Both the position numbers and the translations under genes were made by a program. DNA of 64,000 bases from a bacterium. Its GTDB lineage: Bacteria > UBA8248. The DNA lies in contig JAJEJD010000015.1 in NCBI GenBank assembly GCA_022828125.1, positions 55,240-119,239 on the forward strand, written 5' to 3'. Shown here piece by piece: positions 32,457-42,842 of the stretch; the first letter of the stretch is position 1, and each line of letters opens with the position of its first letter. The notes under the pieces were generated by a model. It was not told the DNA's origin, did not search any database, and worked only from the letters and a program-made list of their open reading frames with translations.

Positions 32457-34565
32457 ATGAGCGCGCGCGAATCCCTGGTCAGCCTGTTTCACCCGAAATC
32501 ATTTGCGGTGGTGGGCGCAGCCTCGGATCTCAACCGCCTGGGCGGCATCCCCTTGCGGTTGACCATGCGCTACGGCTTTCCCGGCCCCATCTACCCCATC
32601 AACCCGAGGCGCGAGGAGATTGCGGGCTTAAAATGCTACCCCGACGTCGCCTCTCTCCCCGAAGCGCCCGAATTCGCGCTCATCTGCACCCCGAGAGAGG
32701 ACGTGCTCCCCGCCCTCGCCCAGTGCGCGGAACGCGGCGTGAAGGCCGCCGCCGTCATCACGTCCGGCTTTGCGGAAACGGGCGCGGAAGGCGTGGCGTT
32801 ACAGGAGAAAATCCTGGCGCTCCGCGACAAATCGGGGATGCGCGTGCTCGGCCCCAACTGCATGGGCGTCGTGCACGTGCGCTCGAAGCTCATGGCGACG
32901 TTCACGATATCCATCCGCGACGACGACCCGCTCATTCCGGGGGCGGTGGCCCTCGTCACCCAGAGCGGGGCGATGGGGGCGTGCATGCTCACGGGCTTTC
33001 AGGAGAGCGGCTCCGGCATCAGCAGCCTCGTGAGCCTCGGCAACGAGGTGGACGTCGATTTCGCGGAATGCGTCGAATACTTCATCGACGACCCGCACAC
33101 GCGCGTCATCTGCGGGTATCTCGAATCCGTGCGCGACGGCGAGCGCCTGAGGCGCGCCGCCCTGCGCGCGCTGGAGCGGGATAAACCCATCGTCCTCCTC
33201 AAAGGCGGCAAGACCGAGGAGGGCGCGCGCGCCGCGCGAAGCCACACCGCCGCCATCACGACTTCGAGCGACGTTTTCGACGCCTTCGCCGCGCAATACG
33301 GGATTCAGGTGCTCGAATCCATGGATGAGTTCATCGAGATAGCGGATTTCCTAGCGCGCAGCAAACCCATCGAAGGAAACGGAGTGGGGATTTTAAGCTT
33401 CTCGGGCGGACTGGGTTCGCTCGCTGCGGACTTAAGTACCGAGGCGGGCCTCACGCTCCCCATCCTCGCAGGGGAAACACAGGAAAAACTCGCGGGCGTC
33501 CTCCCCGACTACGCGCCCAAGGACAATCCGGTGGACCTCGTATCCCTCATGGTCAGCAAGCCCGAGAGCCAGCCGCTCAAGACGGCGGGAGAGGCCGTGG
33601 CGCGGGATGAGAACGTGGACGCCCTGCTCTTCATGATGGGCGTCTATCACCACGTGGGCGAGCAGATAGCGGCGGAGGTGAAGGCGCTGTTCGAAGCCTC
33701 ATCGGTGCCCGTCGCCTTCGCCTGGCTCACCGGGCCGCGCGAGCAGATACAAAACTTAAGGAAAGCCTCCGTGCCCGTATTCGGCGATTATTCGAGAGCG
33801 ATTCGCGGGCTGGAATCCCTCCTCTCGCTCAAAAACGCGCGCGAGGCGGCCGCCTCCCGGCCCCGCTTGGTCGACACGGCGCGGGCGGAGCAAGCGAAGC
33901 GACTCATGCGAGAGAGTATTCCCTCTCCCGACGGCTTTCTTCCGGCCGAGACCTGTGCGGAAATTCTCGATCTCTACGGCGTCCCGAGACCGAAGGAGAC
34001 CCTGGTTGAAACGTCCGAAGAAGCGCTCAAAACGTGGGAAAATTATAAAGCGCCCATCGCCCTCAAGGTCGTATCGGACAACCTCTCGCACAAGACGGAA
34101 GCGGGCGGCGTCATTTTAGGTCTTAACACGCCTGATGAGGTTCTGTGCGCAGCTCAAAAACTGCTAGCCCTCAGCTATGATGCCCGCCTTCTGGTTCAGG
34201 AGATGATCGAGGGCGGCCTGGAACTCCTCGTCGGCGTATCGAACGACCCGACGTTCGGCCCGTGCGTCACGGCGGGGCTGGGCGGCGTGTACGTGGAGGC
34301 ATTAGACGACGTGGCACGCCTGCTTCCGCCTTTCGAGGCCAATGAGGCCGCGCGCGCGCTGTCGGGCCTCCGCTCGCGCGTCATTTTCGAGGGCTTCCGG
34401 GGCGGGCCGGCCGTTCAAATTCCGCACATATCCGATATAATGGTCAAAATCTCCGAACTGGCGACGGAGCTTGGGAACGATGTCGCCGAGATGGACTTGA
34501 ACCCGCTCATCGCCACGGCGGAGGACTGTATCGCCGTGGACGTTCGGATAAAGACTCATTCCTGA
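32457..34565 (+). CDS. Acyl-CoA synthetase (NDP-forming), acetate-CoA ligase family
   Basis: GPNCMG, TQSG, SLGNE, SHT, NPVD, HKTEAGGV, DLNPL. Confidence 0.93.
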   Translation: MSARESLVSLFHPKSFAVVGAASDLNRLGGIPLRLTMRYGFPGPIYPINPRREEIAGLKCYPDVASLPEAPEFALICTPREDVLPALAQCAERGVKAAAVITSGFAETGAEGVALQEKILALRDKSGMRVLGPNCMGVVHVRSKLMATFTISIRDDDPLIPGAVALVTQSGAMGACMLTGFQESGSGISSLVSLGNEVDVDFAECVEYFIDDPHTRVICGYLESVRDGERLRRAALRALERDKPIVLLKGGKTEEGARAARSHTAAITTSSDVFDAFAAQYGIQVLESMDEFIEIADFLARSKPIEGNGVGILSFSGGLGSLAADLSTEAGLTLPILAGETQEKLAGVLPDYAPKDNPVDLVSLMVSKPESQPLKTAGEAVARDENVDALLFMMGVYHHVGEQIAAEVKALFEASSVPVAFAWLTGPREQIQNLRKASVPVFGDYSRAIRGLESLLSLKNAREAAASRPRLVDTARAEQAKRLMRESIPSPDGFLPAETCAEILDLYGVPRPKETLVETSEEALKTWENYKAPIALKVVSDNLSHKTEAGGVILGLNTPDEVLCAAQKLLALSYDARLLVQEMIEGGLELLVGVSNDPTFGPCVTAGLGGVYVEALDDVARLLPPFEANEAARALSGLRSRVIFEGFRGGPAVQIPHISDIMVKISELATELGNDVAEMDLNPLIATAEDCIAVDVRIKTHS

Positions 34566-34578
34566 CGAGAGGAACCGC

Positions 34579-35013
34579 ATGAGCACGAGAATCACGCCCG
34601 AAATACGCGCCCTGGTGGGGCGAAAGCACGGCCCCTACCGCGTGAGGGTCGAGCAGGGGGCGATTGAGAAATTCGCGGACGCGGTCGGTGACGAGAACCC
34701 CGCCTATCGCGGACCCGACGCTATCGCGCCGCCGACGTTTCCCACCACCTTCCGGCCCAGGGACGCCTATCCCGACTTGCCACCTAGTTTCGGCGACGTG
34801 GGCCTCCATGCTTCACAGGTCTACGAGGTCGAGCGGCCCATCCGCGCGGGCGATGAACTGGACGTTTCCTTCACCATCGTGGACATCACCGAAAAATCGG
34901 GCCGAACGGGCGATCTCGTCTTCGTGGAGCGTGAATACGAGTTTACCGATGCGCGCGACGGCTTTCGCGTGGGCGGCGGCAAGTGGGTGTCGCTCAGGCG
35001 CTTCAGGAACTGA
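34579..35013 (+). CDS. MaoC N-terminal-type dehydratase subunit
   Basis: VEQGAIEKFADAVGDENP..APPTF..LH..Q. Confidence 0.88.
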   Translation: MSTRITPEIRALVGRKHGPYRVRVEQGAIEKFADAVGDENPAYRGPDAIAPPTFPTTFRPRDAYPDLPPSFGDVGLHASQVYEVERPIRAGDELDVSFTIVDITEKSGRTGDLVFVEREYEFTDARDGFRVGGGKWVSLRRFRN

Positions 35014-35023
35014 GGGAGAGACC

Positions 35024-35425
35024 ATGAAATACCAGAAGGGCGACGCACTCCCCGAACTCGTGAAAGACCCGGTTTCGCGGACGCAGCTCGTGAAATACGC
35101 CGGCGCAAGCGGGGATTACAACTCGATTCACTATGACGATGAGGCGGCGCGTGCGGGCGGTCTGGAAGGCGTCATCGCCCACGGGATGCTCTCGATGGGC
35201 TTTCTGGGGCAATTCGTCGAAACCACCTTCGGCGCGGGAAGCTACAAGAGGCTCGAGGTGCGCTTTCAGGGCATGGTGAAGCTGGGCGAGGTCATCACCT
35301 GCCGGGGCGTCGTGACCGATCTAGCAGAAGAGAATGGCCGGGAATACGCCGCCTGCGACATCGAGGCGGTAGACTCAGAAGGCCGCGTCGTCACCAAGGG
35401 CGAGGCCCAGGCCTGGCTGGACTGA
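35024..35425 (+). CDS. MaoC family dehydratase
   Basis: YAGASGDYNSIHYD...IAHGM. Confidence 0.9.
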   Translation: MKYQKGDALPELVKDPVSRTQLVKYAGASGDYNSIHYDDEAARAGGLEGVIAHGMLSMGFLGQFVETTFGAGSYKRLEVRFQGMVKLGEVITCRGVVTDLAEENGREYAACDIEAVDSEGRVVTKGEAQAWLD

Positions 35426-35453
35426 ATCCACAGAACGGAAAGAGAGGAACTCC

Positions 35454-36197
35454 ATGAGACTGAAAGACAAGAACGCCCTCGTTACGGGTGCGGCGCAGGG
35501 CATCGGACGCTCTGTCTGCCAGAGGTTCGCCGAAGAAGGCGCCAAGGTCCTCGTCGTCGACATGAACGAGGAAGGCGGCGAGGAGACGGCGCGCCTGATA
35601 AGAGAAGCCGGGGGCGAGGCGCTCTTCCACAAGGCCGACGTGAGCAGCCTTGCGGAAGTCGAGGGCGCGCTCGACGCGTCCGAGGCCGCGCACGGGCCCA
35701 TCGACGTCATGGTGAACAACGCAGGGATCGTCCGCGCGGCCATGCTCCACAAGATGAGCGAGGCGCAGTGGGACTCCGTGATCGCCGTGCATCTCAAGGG
35801 CACCTGGACGGGAATCCACGCGGCGGCCAAGCGCATGATCCCCCGGAAGGAGGGCCGCATCATCAACGTCACCTCGGGCGCGGGGCTTCGCGGCACCATC
35901 GGGCAGATCAACTACTCCTCCGCCAAGATGGGCATCGTCGGCGCCACACAGAGCGCGGCGCGTGAGCTTGGACGCTACAACATCACCGTGAACTGCGTCT
36001 CGCCCGCGGCCATCACCCCGATGACGGAGACGATCCGCACGGACGAGCGCTTTGAATCCAAGTATCTGGAGCGCATCTGCCTGGGCCGGTGGGGCGAGCC
36101 CGAGGAGATGGCGGCGGGGTTCGTCTTTCTGGCGTCGGACGAGGCGAGCTACGTGACCGGCATCGTGCTCCGAATCGATGGCGGCCTGGGGATGTGA
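35454..36197 (+). CDS. FabG-like short-chain dehydrogenase
   Basis: TGAAQGIG, NNAG, YSSAK. Confidence 0.92.
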   Translation: MRLKDKNALVTGAAQGIGRSVCQRFAEEGAKVLVVDMNEEGGEETARLIREAGGEALFHKADVSSLAEVEGALDASEAAHGPIDVMVNNAGIVRAAMLHKMSEAQWDSVIAVHLKGTWTGIHAAAKRMIPRKEGRIINVTSGAGLRGTIGQINYSSAKMGIVGATQSAARELGRYNITVNCVSPAAITPMTETIRTDERFESKYLERICLGRWGEPEEMAAGFVFLASDEASYVTGIVLRIDGGLGM

Positions 36198-36200
36198 TTT

Positions 36201-36228
36201 GTAGGGACAGGTCGCGACCTGTCCCTAC
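36201..36228. repeat. GTAG REP palindrome
   Basis: gtagggacaggtcgcgacctgtccctac; recurs at 38845 and 42788. Confidence 0.85.
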
Positions 36229-36333
36229 GGGAATAACCCTCGCTCCCCACCCCTCGTCTGGCATCCCCACCACGGGCCTGCTAGAATCGCCGCAGGTTTT
36301 GCCCCTTGATAACAAAAAGCGGAGGAACCGCCC

Positions 36334-37362
36334 ATGAAGGCCATGATCCTTAAAGAGTTCGGCGCGCCCCTCGTCTACGAGGAAGCGCCCGAACCCAAGA
36401 TCGGCCCCCGCCAGGTGCTCGTCGAATCGAAGGCGAACGGCCTTTGCGCGACGGACCTGAAGATAGTGGACGGAAGCGTCAAGACCGCCCCCACGCCCCT
36501 GATGCTCGGCCATGAGAATTCCGGCGTCGTGCTGGAAGTCGGCGCGGAAGTCGAATCCGTCGCCCCCGGCGACCGCGTGGTCGTCGTGAGCAAACAGACC
36601 TGCGGACGCTGCCGCATGTGCCGCCTGGGTCATGAGGAGATGTGCCTGAACTCGCCGGGACGGCTGGGCATCGAGATAGACGGCGGCTTCGGCCAGCTCG
36701 TCGCGGCGTCTGAGCGGAATCTCGTGAAAATCGGGGACAACGTCTCCCTGGCGGCGGCCTCCCTCATCGGCGGGACGCTCGGCTCCCCGCTCCACGCCAT
36801 CCGCATGGCGCGGCCCGAACTCGGCGAGTGCGCCGTCATCTTCGGGGTCGGGGGACTGGGTCTGCACGCCCTGCAAATCCTCCGCCACCTGGGCGCGAAC
36901 GTCATCGCCGTGGACGTGAAGGAGGAAAAACTCGCCAAGGCGCGCGAACTGGGCGCGTTCGAGACCGTGAACGCGATGGAGACCGACCCTGTGAAAGCCG
37001 TGATGGACATCACGAACGGTTTCGGGGCAGACATCGCGCTCGAGATCGTCGGCGGGGCCGCCGTGCCGCCCGTGCTCCAGCAGTGCATCGACCTGCTCCG
37101 GCCCGGCGGGCGGCTCGTCATCCTGGGCTACTCCTTCGGCCAGAAGGTGGAGATCGACCCCGCGCAACTCGTCTACAAGTGGATACAGATCGTCGCGTCG
37201 CACAACCACACCGTGCGCGACGTGAGCGATGCCGCGAGCCTGGTGAACGACGGCCGCGTGCGCGCCGTCATCACCGAGGAAGCCCCGATGCCCGACGCCA
37301 ACGACGCGCTGGCCGCCCTGCGCGCGGGCGACCCGGTGGGCCGCATCGTTCTCACGTGGTGA
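36334..37362 (+). CDS. Zinc-dependent alcohol dehydrogenase family protein
   Basis: CATD, GHE, CGRCRMC..C, GVGGLG. Confidence 0.92.
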   Translation: MKAMILKEFGAPLVYEEAPEPKIGPRQVLVESKANGLCATDLKIVDGSVKTAPTPLMLGHENSGVVLEVGAEVESVAPGDRVVVVSKQTCGRCRMCRLGHEEMCLNSPGRLGIEIDGGFGQLVAASERNLVKIGDNVSLAAASLIGGTLGSPLHAIRMARPELGECAVIFGVGGLGLHALQILRHLGANVIAVDVKEEKLAKARELGAFETVNAMETDPVKAVMDITNGFGADIALEIVGGAAVPPVLQQCIDLLRPGGRLVILGYSFGQKVEIDPAQLVYKWIQIVASHNHTVRDVSDAASLVNDGRVRAVITEEAPMPDANDALAALRAGDPVGRIVLTW

Positions 37363-37426
37363 GGCGACCGGCCCGATGAGATCATACGACCTATATCAAC
37401 CAACCAACGCATCCGCAGGAGGCAGC

Positions 37427-38818
37427 ATGTCGCATCGAATCGAAACCGACAGCATGGGCGAGATCGAGGTGCCCGGGGACAAATACTACGGCGCGCAGAC
37501 GGCGCGCTCGCTCGTTCACTTCAAGATAGGCGGCGACCGCTTCCCGCGCGAGATCATCCGCGCGCTGGGGATTCTGAAGAAAGCCGCCGCGGTGACGAAC
37601 GAGGAGTTGGGGATTCTCGATTCCGAGAAGGCTGCGCTCATCAATCAGGCGGCGGATGAGGTGATCGCGGGCGATCTGGACGCGCATTTCCCGCTCGTCG
37701 TCTGGCAGACCGGCAGCGGCACGCAGACGAACATGAACGCGAACGAGGTCATCGCGAACCGCGCCATCGAAATCGCGGGCGGCGAGATGGGCTCCAAGGA
37801 CCCGATCCACCCCAACGACGACGTGAACAAGGCGCAGTCCTCGAACGACACCTTCCCGACGGCGATGCACATCGCGGCGGGCGAGCAGATGACGAAGAAA
37901 CTCATCCCCGCCGTGGAGACGCTCCACAAAACGCTCGCGCAGAAGGCTGAGGCCTTCGATTCGATCATCAAGATCGGCCGCACCCATCTCATGGACGCCG
38001 TTCCCCTGACGCTTGGCCAGGAGTTCTCGGGCTACGCGCAACAACTCGAAAACGGCCTCGCGCGCGTCAGGATGTCGCTGGACGGCATCTACGAGCTGGC
38101 CCTCGGCGGAACGGCGGTGGGTACGGGCCTCAACACCCACCCCGATTTCGCGGAGAAGGCCGCCGCGAGAATCGCCGAGATGACGGGGCTTCCCTTCCGC
38201 AGCGCACCGAACAAGTTCGAGGCGCTCGCCGCGCACGATGCGGTCGTCTTCGCGAGCGGTGCGGTGAAGACCCTGGCAGCGTCGCTCATGAAGATAGCGA
38301 ACGACATACGGATGCTGGCGTCCGGCCCCCGGTGCGGGGTGGGCGAGCTTCTAATTCCCGAGAACGAGCCTGGCAGCTCCATCATGCCCGGCAAGGTGAA
38401 CCCCACGCAGAGCGAGGCGATGACGATGGTGTGCGCCCAGGTGATGGGCAACGACGTGGCCGTGAACGTGGGCGGCGCGACGGGGCATTTCGAGCTGAAC
38501 GTGTTCAAGCCCGTGATGATCTTCAACCTGCTGAACTCCGTGCGCCTGCTGGCCGATGCGTGCGTTTCGTTCAACGAGCACTGCGCGGTGGGCATCGAAC
38601 CCAACCGGCCGGCGATAGAGGGCTATCTCCAGAACTCGCTCATGCTCGTAACGGCGCTGAACCCCGTCATCGGCTACGACAACGCGGCCAGGGTGGCGAA
38701 AAAGGCGTTCACAGAAGGCGGCACCCTGCGCGACGCGGCCATCGCCCTCGACCTACTCACGGGCGAGGAGTTCGACGCCGCCGTCAAACCCGAGAACATG
38801 ATCGGGCCGAGGGGGTAG
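37427..38818 (+). CDS. fumC: Fumarate hydratase class II
   Basis: [29 protein letters not shown]. Confidence 0.97.
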   Translation: MSHRIETDSMGEIEVPGDKYYGAQTARSLVHFKIGGDRFPREIIRALGILKKAAAVTNEELGILDSEKAALINQAADEVIAGDLDAHFPLVVWQTGSGTQTNMNANEVIANRAIEIAGGEMGSKDPIHPNDDVNKAQSSNDTFPTAMHIAAGEQMTKKLIPAVETLHKTLAQKAEAFDSIIKIGRTHLMDAVPLTLGQEFSGYAQQLENGLARVRMSLDGIYELALGGTAVGTGLNTHPDFAEKAAARIAEMTGLPFRSAPNKFEALAAHDAVVFASGAVKTLAASLMKIANDIRMLASGPRCGVGELLIPENEPGSSIMPGKVNPTQSEAMTMVCAQVMGNDVAVNVGGATGHFELNVFKPVMIFNLLNSVRLLADACVSFNEHCAVGIEPNRPAIEGYLQNSLMLVTALNPVIGYDNAARVAKKAFTEGGTLRDAAIALDLLTGEEFDAAVKPENMIGPRG

Positions 38819-38844
38819 GCCCCGGTAATTTGTTCTCTCACCCC

Positions 38845-39021
38845 GCAGGGACAGGTCGCGACCTGTCCCTACAAAAGCAACCCCCCCTACCCCCCCTTGT
38901 CAGGGGGGTATAAAAAGGCGATGTGCCCTCGCTGGGCTGAGGGGGTTTTGCTTTTTCTTACCCCCCTGACAAGGGGGGGTAGGGGGGGTTGCTCCTTTGG
39001 CAAAGGCTTTTTCAACAGCCC
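38845..39021. repeat. REP fused to a partial MITE
   Basis: gcagggacaggtcgcgacctgtccctac, then the C/G-tract core in inverted orientation and the end ctttttcaacagccc. Confidence 0.75.
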
Positions 39022-39041
39022 TTCCTTGGTAGGGTTTGACC

Positions 39042-40085
39042 CTACCTCTCCGCAAACCCCTCGAACGCCACTGGTATCTGCTGGATGTCCTGAATCAGAT
39101 CGGGCGGGAGATCGCGATCCGCCGTGGGGAGCATCCCCGCGTAGAGGGTGTCGACGCCGTTGCCGAAGCGCGTCTCTATCGCTCCCTTGATCTCCCCGTG
39201 CACGCCCACGGCGGCGAAAAGGCGCACGAGGTCGTCCGGAATCTCGCCCGCCAGCTCGCCCCATTTGCCCTCGCGCGTCATCTGCCTGAGCTTCCGGCCC
39301 AGATCGCCGTAGCCGTGCATCTCGAGCACCGGCCAGTAATCGGGCGTCGAGCCGTAAAAGCCGAGGCGCACCTTCACCTCATCCATCCCGCGCCTGATGG
39401 TTTCCTCATCGCGCCCCGTGACGACGTAGCCCCCGCCGGTGATCTCGAAGTTCTCGCGCGTGATCCCGTTCTCCCCGAACCCTTCCGTGAGCCTCGGGAG
39501 GCAGAACTCCTCGAAATACCTGCTGGTGCAGAACGGATGCAGCCGGACGCCGTCGCACCGGCTCCCCGCGACTTTCAGCATCCCCGGCCCTACCGCCGCA
39601 ATGGTGACGGGCGCCATCGGCTGGCCCCCGGAGGGCGGCGTGAAGGCGGGCGTCATGAGGCTGAACTGGTAGTGCTCGCCCTTGTAATCGAGTTTCTCCC
39701 CGCTTTGCCAGGCGCGCCATATCGCGCGGAGCGATTCCACGTATTCGCGCATCCTCGCTGCGGGCGCGCTCCAGGGCACGCTGAAACGCCGCACGTTGTG
39801 CGCCCGTATCTGCGGGCCGAGGCCCAGGACGAACCTTCCTTCCGAGGCGACCTGCAGGTCCCACGCCGCGTTCGCGCACATCATGGGACTCCTCGGAAAA
39901 GCGATGGCCACGGCGGTCAGAAGCTCCACGCGCTTCGTCTCCACCGCTGCCACCGCCAGGGGCAGAAACGGGTGGTGCGCGTTCTCCATGGTCATCACGC
40001 CGTCATAGCCTGCCGCCTCGATTTCTCGCGCTGCGGGACCCGCTTTTTTCAGGTCATCCATCGGTAGGGTGGTCATGATACGCAT
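39042..40085 (-). CDS. LLM-class (probably F420-dependent) oxidoreductase
   Basis: AIAFPRSP, GRFVLGLG.Q..AH...RF, HPF, FYGSTP.Y. Confidence 0.88.
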   Translation of the reverse strand: MRIMTTLPMDDLKKAGPAAREIEAAGYDGVMTMENAHHPFLPLAVAAVETKRVELLTAVAIAFPRSPMMCANAAWDLQVASEGRFVLGLGPQIRAHNVRRFSVPWSAPAARMREYVESLRAIWRAWQSGEKLDYKGEHYQFSLMTPAFTPPSGGQPMAPVTIAAVGPGMLKVAGSRCDGVRLHPFCTSRYFEEFCLPRLTEGFGENGITRENFEITGGGYVVTGRDEETIRRGMDEVKVRLGFYGSTPDYWPVLEMHGYGDLGRKLRQMTREGKWGELAGEIPDDLVRLFAAVGVHGEIKGAIETRFGNGVDTLYAGMLPTADRDLPPDLIQDIQQIPVAFEGFAER

Positions 40086-40224
40086 CTCGAAACTCCTGTC
40101 GTCGATAAAGAAAACGCCGCCGGGCGGCGGCGCGGCGCCATGATACACGATCCATCCCGCGCGCACATCGTGATATGATGGGGCATCGAACACACGCTCA
40201 AGCGCACTCAATGGAGGAGCCTCC

Positions 40225-40974
40225 ATGGCCCAGCCGTGCCGTCTCGAATACCGGGGCTTTCACCAGCTCGAACTCGTGCGACACGGGGGCGAGGAAATCC
40301 GTATCGGCGGGCAGCCCCGCGTTCTGCAGGAACCTCCGCCCAACGTGGCCTCGCGGCCTCCCGTCGATACGGTGCAGTACGTCTACGCGAGGTGGGATGA
40401 AAAACGCGAGCGCGTGAAGCTGGTCGCCTCGACGACGGGGCATGAAACCCTGGACGGCGAAGAGGTGATGCGCGGCGAACCGGCGGCGCTCCTCGTAGGC
40501 ATGGGAAGGCCCTACGAGAACAGGCCCAGGCACTACCACTGGGCGGACAGGCCCGAGCACAGGACGCTCATCCTGAGCCATTACAACAGACAGCGAGTCG
40601 AATGGCGGCAAAGGCTGCGCGCGGATGCGGCGGTTTCTCCGGGCGGATGGCGTGAGATATCGCCGGATATGAGCGTCTCTTTTCTCGTATGGGGAGAGGA
40701 GGCGGCTCGTCTTGAGATCGAGGGCCGCGTGCGGAACGAAGACGCCGCGTCGCCGCTGCTTCTGGGCATGGGTCTCGACGGCGCGCCTCCCGAATCGGCT
40801 GATGTGGAGATCGCACCCGCCTCAAGGCCGGATCAGGCCTTCAACCTCAAATACGAGAGAAGATTCTCCCGCGATGAGGAGGGTTTTCACACCCTCTCCC
40901 TGTACGGAAAGACGGAAGGCATCTCCTGGACTGCTCTTCAAGGCGCGACGCTGCGCTATTCCACCCTTGGCTAA
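40225..40974 (+). CDS. Hypothetical protein resembling a phage tail-fibre domain
   Basis: QPCRL...YVYA...LVASTTGH...LLVGM...WAD....R...S.YNR; RBS ggaggag. Confidence 0.55.
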   Translation: MAQPCRLEYRGFHQLELVRHGGEEIRIGGQPRVLQEPPPNVASRPPVDTVQYVYARWDEKRERVKLVASTTGHETLDGEEVMRGEPAALLVGMGRPYENRPRHYHWADRPEHRTLILSHYNRQRVEWRQRLRADAAVSPGGWREISPDMSVSFLVWGEEAARLEIEGRVRNEDAASPLLLGMGLDGAPPESADVEIAPASRPDQAFNLKYERRFSRDEEGFHTLSLYGKTEGISWTALQGATLRYSTLG

Positions 40975-40985
40975 GGAGCAAGGCG

Positions 40986-42119
40986 ATCAACGAATCCCAT
41001 CAAGACCCCAAATTCCTGCATGACCTCGGCGTCCGCCGCGTCATCAGCGCGCGCACCCGCCAGACCGTCTTCGGCGGCTCGAAGCTGAGGCCTGAAATAT
41101 GGGCCGCCATGCAGGAGGCGAACGCCGCCCAGGTGGACATGAACGAACTCCACGCAAAGGCGGGCGCGCGTATCGCGCAGATGACGCAAAACGAGGCGGC
41201 CTACGTCACGAGCGGCTCCGCCGCAGGCCTCGCGCTAAGTGCTGCCGCCTGCATCACCGGCGGAAACCCGGCCCTCATGGACAAGCTCCCCTTCACCGAC
41301 GGTCTCAAGAACGAGATCGTGGTCCACCGCTTCCAGCGGAACCACTACGACATCAACATCCGCCAGGCGGGGGCGCGGCTCGTGGAGATCGGCTCGCACC
41401 GCCAGACCCACCCCTGGGAGCTAGAGGAGGCCATCGGCGAGAAGACGGCGGCCGTCTTCTACTTCCCGGGTCAGTACATGGGCCGGAACATCCTGAAGCC
41501 GGAGACCATCATCGAGATCGCGCACGAGAGGAACGTGCCCGTGGTCGTGGACGCGGCGGCGCAGCTTCCGCCGTCCGCCAATCTCTGGCGCTACACCAAA
41601 GAGATGGGGGCCGACGCCGCCATCTTCAGCGGGGGGAAGAGCATCGGCGGACCGCAGAACACCGGAATCATCCTGGGCAAAAAGAAGATCGTCGATGCCT
41701 GCGCCATGATGGGAAGCCCCAGGTATTCGGTCGGACGGCCCATGAAGGCGGGGCGCGACGACATCGTGGGCCTGGTCCGCGCGCTCGAACATTACCTGGA
41801 CGAGGGCGAGGCCGCCCAGTACGCCCACAACGAGCGGTGGTGCGAGTTCTTCATGGAGCGCACAGCCGGGATGAAAGGGTTATCCCCTCGCCTCAGACGC
41901 CCAAACGCCCTGGGACAGGATTTGCCCGAAGTCGTGATCGATATCGACGAGGAATCGCTCGGGAAATCGCGCGATGAGATCGCCGCTTCACTATGGGAAT
42001 GCGAGGTGCGGGTGCAGGTCGGCGTATCGGGTGAATCGGAGATCTACATCTCCCCCGACCCGCTCACGGATGCAGACGCGGAATACCTCTGGGCGAGGTT
42101 TGTGGAGGTTGTGTCGTAG
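40986..42119 (+). CDS. SelA-like/DgaE family PLP-dependent enzyme (probable ATC start)
   Basis: LGVRRVISA, TSGSAAG, VDAAA, FSGGK (PLP Lys), GRPMK; AAGGAG 7 nt before ATC 40986; first ATG at 41109. Confidence 0.85.
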   Translation: MNESHQDPKFLHDLGVRRVISARTRQTVFGGSKLRPEIWAAMQEANAAQVDMNELHAKAGARIAQMTQNEAAYVTSGSAAGLALSAAACITGGNPALMDKLPFTDGLKNEIVVHRFQRNHYDINIRQAGARLVEIGSHRQTHPWELEEAIGEKTAAVFYFPGQYMGRNILKPETIIEIAHERNVPVVVDAAAQLPPSANLWRYTKEMGADAAIFSGGKSIGGPQNTGIILGKKKIVDACAMMGSPRYSVGRPMKAGRDDIVGLVRALEHYLDEGEAAQYAHNERWCEFFMERTAGMKGLSPRLRRPNALGQDLPEVVIDIDEESLGKSRDEIAASLWECEVRVQVGVSGESEIYISPDPLTDADAEYLWARFVEVVS

Positions 42120-42150
42120 GGGATGGATTCAGATTCGTGAATCGCTTCTC

Positions 42151-42176
42151 GTAGGGGCGGACCTGTGTGTCCGCCC
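42151..42176. repeat. GTAG REP upstream of RAYT
   Basis: gtaggggcggacctgtgtgtccgccc. Confidence 0.85.
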
Positions 42177-42188
42177 GGAGCATTCAAC

Positions 42189-42791
42189 ATGGACGTGAAC
42201 CAAACTAGACGAAATTCATATCGGTTGGAGGGTTATGATTATTCCCGGGCGGGATGTTATTTCGTGACGGTTTGTGTGCAGGGCAGACAATGTCTGTTCG
42301 GCGAAATCATCGAAGGCGAGATGGTCTTGAACGACGCGGGGAAGTTGGTCGTCCATTGGTGGCACGAAACAGAGAACAAATTCCCCCATCTCGAATTAGA
42401 TCAATATGTCCTTATGCCAAATCATATTCACGGAATCGTTGCGTTTGTAGGGGCGGACCTGTGTGTCCGCCCGGAACACAGAAATATAAAACCAAACAAT
42501 TGCCACCAGATAGAACAAGAACGAAAAGAACAAAATCAACAGGGCGGACACACAGGTCCGCCCCTACAGGAAATCATTCAATGGTTTAAGACGATGACCA
42601 CGAATGAATATATCAAAGAGGTGAAATCCCGACGTTTCCCGCCATTCGAGAAACGCATCTGGCAACGATCATTTTACGACCATGTCATCCGTGATGAAAA
42701 CGATCTCAACCGCGTCCGCGAATATATCCAGAACAATCCGTTGAAATGGTCGCTTGATGAGTATAACCCGGTAAACCAAACGCAATCGTAG
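42189..42791 (+). mobile_element. REP-associated tyrosine transposase (RAYT, IS200/IS605 Y1 family)
   Basis: YDYS..G.YFVT, MPNHIHG (HUH), WQRSFYDHVIR, YI.NNP..W; flanked by GTAG REPs. Confidence 0.92.
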
Positions 42792-42815
42792 GGACAGGTC
42801 GCGACCTGTCCCTAC
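42788..42815. repeat. GTAG REP palindrome overlapping the RAYT stop
   Basis: gtagggacaggtcgcgacctgtccctac. Confidence 0.85.
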
Positions 42816-42842
42816 GAAACCACCGAAAGGGTCGTCCCGCCT

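Noticed and set aside
40986-42119. Call as selA
   Set aside because: Shorter than canonical SelA, lacks its N-terminal domain and has no selB neighbour; better described as SelA-like/DgaE family.
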